This document shows positions 25,581 to 32,000 of a stretch of 32,000 nucleotides of DNA, in pieces. Below the pieces are notes generated by a model. That model saw nothing but the letters and a program-made list of their open reading frames with translations, had not been told where the DNA came from and ran no database searches. The translations under genes were made by a program, and so were the position numbers. Where the stretch lies: positions 103,131 through 135,130 of the forward strand of contig JBAZMW010000004.1 in NCBI GenBank assembly GCA_041649575.1, written 5' to 3'. Origin of the DNA: Patescibacteria group bacterium. GTDB lineage: Bacteria; Patescibacteriota; Patescibacteriia; 2-01-FULL-39-33. Positions within the stretch are counted from its first letter, which is position 1, and every line of letters begins with the position of its first letter.

Positions 25581-25668
25581 GTCTAATTTATAGTTCTAAA
25601 ATCATTCCATGGTTCTTATAGATAAAATATAATGGCCAATAAGATTGTTTTTTATTTTTGAATAACGA

Positions 25669-25697
25669 TTGACGAATTGGGTCTAATATTGTAAAAT
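25669..25697 (+). promoter_or_regulatory. sigma70-type promoter
   Basis: TTGACG (25669-25674), 17 nt, TAAAAT (25692-25697). Confidence 0.6.
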
Positions 25698-25776
25698 GGC
25701 GGTAATATTGGACAGGTGTCCAATGGGTCATTGGTGAAGTTTCACAGTAGAACCGTACCTTGAAAGGAGATCTCCC

Positions 25777-26664
25777 ATGGAGGCGAGAAAGATCGCGATG
25801 GCGTGTTTCATCGGTGGTGCGTTTTGTTGCGCGGTAGCGTTGGCGCTGACGCCGGTCTACTGGTGGCTTGGCATCATCGCGGGAGTGGCGGGCGGTTATG
25901 TCAGCTATGAGTTTCGCGAGGTGCGCAAAGCGATCCCCATCGCTCTGCGCGCCGCCGGGCAGGGAAGCGTGCAGTTGTGGGACAGGGCGAAAGCCCTGGT
26001 TTCCAAGCCTCACCCGTTCCTTTACTCTGGCGCAGCCCTTGCATTGCCGCTCTTTGTGTTTTGGCTTGGCCCGGCAATACTGTCCGATTGGGCGAAAGGG
26101 CCGTTTTCCAGCGTCTTGGTCGTGCCTTTGATGTTTGTCATGTACTGCGAGGTATCATTCATACTGGGCGTGTTTTTCGTCGTCCCTGCTTTCATAGGCG
26201 CCAGATTCGGCGAACGATGCTATTGGTGGCCTTTCACTATATTGGTCAGTTATCCAGAGGAGGTGGCTGAAGAGCTTGAAGCAGGAGGTCTTCGGCGCGA
26301 ACCGCTGAATTATCGGAACTTTGTTCGTTGGTTCGCGGAAGGACTGGGACTCACGATTCTGTTTTTTACGTGGACGCTCTGGGTGTATCTCGCTATTGGT
26401 GTATGGATGGCGTTTTGCTTCCTCGGCCGGTTCGCGTGGCACCTGTTCAGGCTGGTCCACTCGCAGAAGCGGGCGCTCTGCGCGATCGACGGGACAATAG
26501 GCGGCGTCGTGAGCTATGTCTGGCTCGCCTCGTCGGCCACGTCGTTTCCGGAACAGGCGGTACTCGTCGTCTTCGGCGGACTCCTTGGCGCCGCGCTCGG
26601 CGTGGCGAACTGGGAGATCGTTTCCAAGCGAATCCTGCGCCTGGCTCATGTGAGAAGTGCCTAG
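25777..26664 (+). CDS. orphan polytopic membrane protein (295 aa), GC-rich
   Basis: GAAAGGAG SD lies 7-8 nt upstream. At least 6 hydrophobic helices are rich in W/F/G. It is bracketed by a promoter and terminator. Antisense ORFs of 141 and 177 aa lack such signals. Confidence 0.65.
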   Translation: MEARKIAMACFIGGAFCCAVALALTPVYWWLGIIAGVAGGYVSYEFREVRKAIPIALRAAGQGSVQLWDRAKALVSKPHPFLYSGAALALPLFVFWLGPAILSDWAKGPFSSVLVVPLMFVMYCEVSFILGVFFVVPAFIGARFGERCYWWPFTILVSYPEEVAEELEAGGLRREPLNYRNFVRWFAEGLGLTILFFTWTLWVYLAIGVWMAFCFLGRFAWHLFRLVHSQKRALCAIDGTIGGVVSYVWLASSATSFPEQAVLVVFGGLLGAALGVANWEIVSKRILRLAHVRSA

Positions 26665-26699
26665 ATTCACAACGCAGAGTTGAACCAAGCTGACGGCCC

Positions 26700-26757
26700 G
26701 GCCCCGCGCGGTTTACAGGATGGTCCTGTACGACATCGCACGGGGCCTTCTTTTTTT
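26700..26757 (+). terminator. rho-independent terminator
   Basis: GGCCCCG (26700-26706) / CGGGGCC (26741-26747) enclose a TACAGGA-TGG-TCCTGTA hairpin, followed by TTCTTTTTTT. Confidence 0.6.
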
Positions 26758-26903
26758 GATTAAATTATTTAATTTTTCATTCCCAATAAAACGAGGCGTT
26801 CTTTTGCACTCTTTTTGCACTTGTGGATTATTTTTAAATGATTTATAATTCTGATAATTTAAAGAAGCTAGGCAGGTTTTTGTAAAAATAACAAAAAAAT
26901 AAT

Positions 26904-27788
26904 ATGGAAAATCAAGAAAATAAGCCAGAAAACGCTCAAGAGCAGCTGCCGATCACAGAAACTCCGCTTGAGGCAAAGCCGGCAGAAAGCCAGCTGCCGG
27001 AAAGAGCGGAAAACGAAGATGCGTCAGCGGAAATTTTAGACGACAAAGGGCGGGAGGCGGCTGCCAAGCCGGAAGAAGCCGTGGCAGAAACGACAGCGCC
27101 AGAACCAGAAAAATTAGAGGAAGTTTCGGGAGGTTTGCCTGCGGAGAGACCATCTACTAAAAGAAGCATTATTACAACAGTGATTGTTTTGGTGGTAATA
27201 GTTTTGGTTTTTTGGTATGTCAGCAAAGAAAATAGCAAGGAAACGGTTCCAGCAAACAACGAAGCGGAAAATGCCAACATCTCGGTTAATAGCAATATGG
27301 AGAATGGCGAGGTAAAAATTATCGGCGAGGGCAATAACAACCAGGAAATCAAACAACCAGAGGAAACGGCAACAACCGGTCAGGGAGAAGAAAGTTACAA
27401 GATAGTCGCTTATTATAGCAACACCAAAAATGATCCGGGAGCTCAAGATTGCAGCCGGGTTTATGCCCTCGAGCGGCCGGGCGAAAAAAAATACGATTCC
27501 GAAGTGGTCAATGCGGTGCGTGGTCTGTTGGCGCCTTTGACCGAAGCGGAGCAAGCCGATGGCTGGGTTTCTAACATTCCGGCCGGGGCGGCCCTAAGTT
27601 ATGTCAAAGTTGAAAACGGTATGGCTATTGCCAATTTTAACTCGGCTTTGGGTCAGGTCGGCGGTTCTTGCGCGGTAGCGGCCATTCGAGCGCAAATTGA
27701 AAGAACTTTGACGCAGTTTTCTTACATCAAAGCCGTGACCATTTGCGTTAATGGCAATTGCAACCAGGAAGAGATTTTACAGCCCTAG
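26904..27788 (+). CDS. membrane-anchored GerMN-domain protein
   Basis: 294 aa. It has an acidic N-terminal region and a TM segment IITTVIVLVVIVLVFWYV. The C-terminal region (YKIVAYYSN...VYALERP...AVRGLLAPLTEAEQADGWVSNIP...VENGMAIANFNSAL...AAIRAQIERTLTQF) fits the GerM N-terminal-like domain pattern. Confidence 0.6.
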   Translation: MENQENKPENAQEQLPITETPLEAKPAESQLPERAENEDASAEILDDKGREAAAKPEEAVAETTAPEPEKLEEVSGGLPAERPSTKRSIITTVIVLVVIVLVFWYVSKENSKETVPANNEAENANISVNSNMENGEVKIIGEGNNNQEIKQPEETATTGQGEESYKIVAYYSNTKNDPGAQDCSRVYALERPGEKKYDSEVVNAVRGLLAPLTEAEQADGWVSNIPAGAALSYVKVENGMAIANFNSALGQVGGSCAVAAIRAQIERTLTQFSYIKAVTICVNGNCNQEEILQP

Positions 27789-27809
27789 GGATTAAGTTGT
27801 CATAAATAG

Positions 27810-27836
27810 ATCCGCCCTTAAACGGGCGGATTTTTT
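27810..27836 (+). terminator. rho-independent terminator
   Basis: ATCCGCCC-TTAAAC-GGGCGGAT followed by TTTTT. Confidence 0.8.
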
Positions 27837-28017
27837 GGTTGGAAGTTATGCACAGTCGGGCCCTTTACTTGGCTGGCTGTTTTTTATTATAATTAAACTA
27901 TCATTTATCAATATAAAGATATTTATAAAAAGATTTTAACAAAAAGATTTTTAAATAAAGATATCAACATAAAGACATAATAAATTATCAAATCAAAGGT
28001 CAAAAATAGAGGCGATT

Positions 28018-28230
28018 ATGCAAGTCGACGCCAAAAAGCTGGGTCAGAATATCAAAAAATTACGGTTTAGACTGGGGATTTCGCAAGAGACTCTGGCCCG
28101 CCGAGCGGATTTGAAACTTTCCAATGTAGCTAAATTGGAGGGCGGTTTTAATTTCAATCCGACTCTGGCCACGCTGATTGCCATCGCTAAAATCATTGCC
28201 GACGGCAGTATTGATCGTTTGCTTAGATAA
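28018..28230 (+). CDS. XRE-family helix-turn-helix transcriptional regulator
   Basis: 70 aa. LGQNIKKLRFRLGISQETLARRADLKLSNVAKLEGG is a classic Cro/C1-type HTH. Confidence 0.85.
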   Translation: MQVDAKKLGQNIKKLRFRLGISQETLARRADLKLSNVAKLEGGFNFNPTLATLIAIAKIIADGSIDRLLR

Positions 28231-28233
28231 AAA

Positions 28234-31200
28234 ATGACGGAAAACCAATTAAAACCAAAAAATAATATCAAGAGAATATTAAAGATTTTCAATCTGGTGT
28301 TTTTGGTTGTGGTTTTGACGGCTCTAGTCTCTGTTGAGCCGGCCAAGAGCTGGCTGGGCAATCAGCTTAGCCCTTTAAGAAGCACTTTGGGCCAGTCGGC
28401 GACGCTGATAAAAAATGATTTGGCCAAGGGCTGGGCGGCGCTGAAAAATCGGCCCGGCCAAGTGGCGGGAGAAAGCGTTCAGGCTGGTCAAGAAAAAAAT
28501 CAGCCGGCCTCCAAAACGGATAAAAAGTCTTTTCAGGCCGAAGTTCGAGCTTGGGGCAACCAGCTTATCGGCCAGCTGGCTTGGTGGAAGAAGACTATAG
28601 AGAATTGGTGGCAGAAAGAAAAGACGGAGACTAATGGAGATTTGTCCAAGCCATCAGCCGGATTCGATAATTTATTCCAAACCACCGCCGGTAACGCCGA
28701 TACCAAAAATAGTTTATTGACAGTGGCAAAGGAGATGATTCAGCCACTGCCGTCGGCAGAAGTTTTGCCAACAATTACCAAGCAACCGGAAAAAAAGGAA
28801 ACGGCTCGGCCGGCGGTTATTGAAAATAAGCCGATTAAGATCGTTGAAAGAGTGGTTGAAAAAGTGAAAGAAATTGAGAAGCTAGTCTATCTGGACAAGA
28901 AAGAAGAACCAATAGTGCCAGCGAATAATTTTTTGGAAAATAATAATTTTTTGACGGGAATAAAGGGAGAATTTTTGCAGGGAGACAATCGTTTTGGAGG
29001 CACTTTAAGTTTTGCGCCCAATACTATTATTGATTTTGGCGGGGCTAGAATTTTTAATTGGCCATTTTTCCAGCAGCCGGTTGGCGCTGGCGCTAGCGGC
29101 GGCGGTTCGTCCTCCGGCTCTTCGGCGTCGGGTGTAACCGACCACGGCGCTCTGACCGGCCTAAGCGACGATGATCACACGCAATATGGCGCTTTGGCTC
29201 AAAATGAAACTGTAAGCGGAGCCTGGACTTTCACCGGCGATGTCGACATCAGCAGTTCGACCATTGATTCTTTGACGGTCAATGGCGAGCATTTTGTCGA
29301 CTTGACCGGACTGGGGCTGGCTAATGATAATTATTCTCTAAGGGTTAATACTTCCACTTTGGGACTAACTACCTCTGAAATTACAGAGGGTTCCAGTCAA
29401 TATTTTACCAATGCCCGGGTTGCCAGCTATATAAGTAGCTCTTCTACTATAGCTTTTGGCGGCTGTGCCAGCGGCCAGATTTTAAAATGGAACGGTAGCG
29501 CTTGGGCGTGCGCGGCCGACGACACTCTGGCTGGCGGTGAGACCGACCCGCTCTTTACTACCTGGAACGGCTATCTACATAATCGTTTTACCTCGGTTAA
29601 TGCCACCACCACCAATGCCGATAACCTCGTTGTCTATTCCGCTCTCACCTTACCCAACAACTCCATTACTGACGCCATGCTGGCCAACGACATCACCGCC
29701 TCCAATTATTTGTCTTTGTCTTCCTACTTTGCCACCACCACCTGGGCCGGGGGCAACAACAATCTGGTGGTGAGCGGCAACGTCACCTCCACCTCGCTTT
29801 GGCTGGGCGGCGCCGGCACGGCTAACAACTTAGACATGACCAATGACCTGTACGTAGCCGATGACGTGGAAATTGACGGCTCGCTCTGGGTTCAAAGTGC
29901 CACCACCACCGACTCCCTCTATGTGGGCGGCTATGCCTCGACCACTGGAGGACTTTACAGCCAGGGCAATCTCCATATTGGCGGCACTGCTTCATTTGAC
30001 GGCCTGGTCTCTGGCGCCGGCCTAACCTTGGCCCAGCAGAACTTCTGGAACACCACCTCTACTTGGGCGGGCTTTGTGGCTAACTTCAATAGCAATTTAA
30101 ACAACACTACCACTTGGGCTGCCTATGATGCTAACTGGGTTAGAAATTACAACGCTACCACCACGCTCAAAGATTTCACGCCCAGTGATTATCTCTCTTT
30201 TACTGTTTGGTATTCTTCTACTACTCGAGAAGCCATGAGGCTTAATGGCCAAGTCGCTTCTTACTATACTGACGCCACTAATTTAACCGTGGAAGTCACA
30301 GATAATTGGACAGGGCAATTTAATGGCCAAGCCTCCACTTATTACGCCACCTCCTCCGGCCTTTCTACCAAGCTGGCGGTTAGTGAGTTTGAGACTTATT
30401 TTAACAGTAGTCTTAATACTACCACTACCCTGGATTTGACCACCTTGGCCGTTAATAACTTAACAGTTAATACTACTATAGCCTTGCCCAACAACTCCAT
30501 TACCGATGCCATGCTGGCCAATGACATCACCGCCTCCAATTATTTGTCTTTGTCTTCCTACTTTGCCACCACCACTTGGGCCGGGGGCAACAACAATCTG
30601 GTGGTGAGCGGCAACGTCACCTCCACCGGCAGTCTTTGGGTTTCCAATATTGCCACTTTAGCCACCACGACGATGGCAATGGGAAGCAAGATTGGCAGCG
30701 CTGACTTAAATTATTATGTAATGATGGATAAATTTTTAGTCCCAGCCGGTGGTGATTATGCAGGTAGTATTTTCCCAGTTTGGAAAAGCTATATCGATTT
30801 AACCTGGCAAGGCACACCGGTTGGTTTGCTTAAAAGTAGTAATAATTTCAGTGACTCGGTAGCAATTTTAGAAGATGCTGATGGAAACGTTAATCCAAGC
30901 TTTAGTTTTGCTAACTATGATGTGACTGATACTGCCGATATAGAATATGCAACCAAAACCGACCAGCTACTATTTACTGGAGCTAGCGGTGGCTATACCT
31001 TTGACGACGACCTGTCTGTTACTGGCAGCGCCACCACCACGGTTCGTTTGGTGGTTGGCACCACCAACCCCACCAATAATTGGGGCAAACTCTGGGCCGG
31101 AGGAGATCTCTTTATCAATGGTATCACTACTTCCACCTCGCTTTGGCTGGGCGGCGCCGGCACGGCCAACAACTTAGACATGACCAATGACCTGTACGTA

Positions 31201-32000
31201 GCCGATGACGTGGAAATTGACGGCTCGCTCTGGGTTCAAAGTGCCACCACCACCGACTCTCTCTATGTGGGCGGCTATGCCTCGACCACTGGAGGACTTT
31301 ACAGCCAGGGCAATCTCCATATTGGCGGCACTGCTTCATTTGACGGCCTGGTCTCTGGCGCCGGCCTAACCTTGGCCCAGCAGAACTTCTGGAACACCAC
31401 CTCTACTTGGGCGGGCTTTGTGGCTAACTTCAATAGCAATTTAAACAACACTACCACTTGGGCTGCCTATGATGCTAACTGGGTTAGAAATTACAACGCT
31501 ACCACCACGCTCAAAGATTTCACGCCCAGTGATTATCTCTCTTTTACTGTTTGGTATTCTTCTACTACTCGAGAAGCCATGAGGCTTAATGGCCAAGTCG
31601 CTTCTTACTATACTGACGCCACTAATTTAACCGTGGAAGTCACAGATAATTGGACAGGGCAATTTAATGGCCAAGCCTCCACTTATTACGCCACCTCCTC
31701 CGGCCTTTCTACCAAGCTGGCGGTTAGTGAGTTTGAGACTTATTTTAACAGTAGTCTTAATACTACCACTACCCTGGATTTGACCACCTTGGCCATTAAC
31801 AACTTAACAGTTAATACTACTATAGCCTTACCCAACAACTCCATTACTGACGCCATGCTGGCCAACGACATCACCGCCTCCAATTATTTGTCTTTGTCTT
31901 CCTACTTTGCCACCACCACCTGGGCCGGGGGCAACAACAATCTGGTGGTGAGCGGCAACGTCACCTCCACCTCGCTTTGGCTGGGCGGCGCCGGCACGGC
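28234..32000 (+). CDS. giant repeat-containing surface protein, 5' partial (more than 1255 aa, runs off the window)
   Basis: I translated frame 1 from the ATG at 28234 codon by codon to 32000 and found no stop. It is absent from the ORF track, presumably because no stop lies in the window. It has an N-terminal TM anchor ILKIFNLVFLVVVLTALV. It is Thr/Asn/Gly-rich with many N-x-T/S sites and carries the motif DHGALTGLSDDDHTQY. It contains 278-aa near-identical repeats. It starts 3 nt after the XRE stop. Confidence 0.8.
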   Translation, partial: MTENQLKPKNNIKRILKIFNLVFLVVVLTALVSVEPAKSWLGNQLSPLRSTLGQSATLIKNDLAKGWAALKNRPGQVAGESVQAGQEKNQPASKTDKKSFQAEVRAWGNQLIGQLAWWKKTIENWWQKEKTETNGDLSKPSAGFDNLFQTTAGNADTKNSLLTVAKEMIQPLPSAEVLPTITKQPEKKETARPAVIENKPIKIVERVVEKVKEIEKLVYLDKKEEPIVPANNFLENNNFLTGIKGEFLQGDNRFGGTLSFAPNTIIDFGGARIFNWPFFQQPVGAGASGGGSSSGSSASGVTDHGALTGLSDDDHTQYGALAQNETVSGAWTFTGDVDISSSTIDSLTVNGEHFVDLTGLGLANDNYSLRVNTSTLGLTTSEITEGSSQYFTNARVASYISSSSTIAFGGCASGQILKWNGSAWACAADDTLAGGETDPLFTTWNGYLHNRFTSVNATTTNADNLVVYSALTLPNNSITDAMLANDITASNYLSLSSYFATTTWAGGNNNLVVSGNVTSTSLWLGGAGTANNLDMTNDLYVADDVEIDGSLWVQSATTTDSLYVGGYASTTGGLYSQGNLHIGGTASFDGLVSGAGLTLAQQNFWNTTSTWAGFVANFNSNLNNTTTWAAYDANWVRNYNATTTLKDFTPSDYLSFTVWYSSTTREAMRLNGQVASYYTDATNLTVEVTDNWTGQFNGQASTYYATSSGLSTKLAVSEFETYFNSSLNTTTTLDLTTLAVNNLTVNTTIALPNNSITDAMLANDITASNYLSLSSYFATTTWAGGNNNLVVSGNVTSTGSLWVSNIATLATTTMAMGSKIGSADLNYYVMMDKFLVPAGGDYAGSIFPVWKSYIDLTWQGTPVGLLKSSNNFSDSVAILEDADGNVNPSFSFANYDVTDTADIEYATKTDQLLFTGASGGYTFDDDLSVTGSATTTVRLVVGTTNPTNNWGKLWAGGDLFINGITTSTSLWLGGAGTANNLDMTNDLYVADDVEIDGSLWVQSATTTDSLYVGGYASTTGGLYSQGNLHIGGTASFDGLVSGAGLTLAQQNFWNTTSTWAGFVANFNSNLNNTTTWAAYDANWVRNYNATTTLKDFTPSDYLSFTVWYSSTTREAMRLNGQVASYYTDATNLTVEVTDNWTGQFNGQASTYYATSSGLSTKLAVSEFETYFNSSLNTTTTLDLTTLAINNLTVNTTIALPNNSITDAMLANDITASNYLSLSSYFATTTWAGGNNNLVVSGNVTSTSLWLGGAGT
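29794..30627 (+). repeat. 834-bp in-frame repeat unit, copy A
   Basis: Begins TCGCTTTGGCTGGGCGGCGCCGGCACGGC. It is nearly identical to 31138-31971 (offset 1344 bp, which is 448 codons). The last roughly 170 bp of the unit also occur at about 29620-29793. Confidence 0.9.
31138..31971 (+). repeat. 834-bp in-frame repeat unit, copy B, directly followed by the start of copy C (31972-32000)
   Basis: I saw only about 8 substitutions relative to copy A. 31972-32000 repeats the first 29 nt of the unit. Confidence 0.9.

Noticed and set aside
25401-25586. 61-aa ORF from the track
   Set aside because: Its ATG lies inside the -10 region of the predicted promoter, so it would not be on the transcript. 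The SD at 25423-25428 serves the ATG at 25435 in another frame.
25588-26688. Minus-strand ORFs of 141 aa and 177 aa, and plus-strand alternative frames, across 25588-26693
   Set aside because: The plus-strand 295-aa frame has a promoter, an SD, a terminator and coherent TM helices. The antisense frames are Arg/Pro-rich and lack signals.
19255-26760. Calling the region a prophage or integrative element
   Set aside because: I could not recognise an integrase, excisionase, transposase, or phage structural or replication gene, and only one side shows an att-like repeat. It is reported as an orphan or accessory cluster instead.
29620-32000. Long direct repeats as a possible CRISPR array or IS element
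   Set aside because: The repeats are 834 bp, in frame, and part of one continuous ORF. There is no short repeat-spacer periodicity, no inverted terminal repeats and no transposase.

Overview
Chromosomal segment from a bacterium with AT-rich intergenic DNA. It has many near-consensus sigma70-type promoters (TTGACA, 17 nt, TATAAT-like) and hairpin terminators. My lineage guess is Candidate Phyla Radiation/Patescibacteria, by inference only: a 23S-5S rRNA unit with no adjacent 16S, a structured insertion in 23S, TrmB-like regulators, lamin-tail-domain and giant repeat surface proteins, and many orphan small genes.

Housekeeping content: rplS, six intact tRNAs, a 23S-5S unit on the minus strand (about 6306-9597), a MiaB-type methylthiotransferase, gyrA, a CaCA antiporter, an MBL-fold hydrolase, an endonuclease Q-like PHP protein, a SAM methyltransferase and a YkgJ-type Cys-cluster protein.

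Unusual content:
- Two loci where an intact tRNA gene sits inside the anticodon-arm position of a second tRNA-Val-like scaffold (772-953 and about 25127-25278). Other tRNA-derived fragments lie next to intact tRNAs.
- A roughly 395-nt structured RNA candidate with its own promoter and terminator. I could not assign it to RNase P RNA or tmRNA.
- GC-richer orphan genes, each a self-contained promoter/SD/ORF/terminator cassette. Most lie in 21981-26760, and others at 2377-2571 and 5826-6189; the GC-richer B12-type radical SAM enzyme beside tRNA-Arg has a strong SD and a terminator but no good promoter that I could find.
- Strongly signalled micro-ORFs of 16 and 13 aa.
- Iteron-like direct repeats.
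- An open-ended ORF of more than 1255 aa (28234 to the window end, absent from the ORF track because it has no stop) built from near-identical 834-bp in-frame repeats.

All calls come from reading the sequence by eye. No database search or folding program was run, and RNA ends are approximate (about +/-10 nt).
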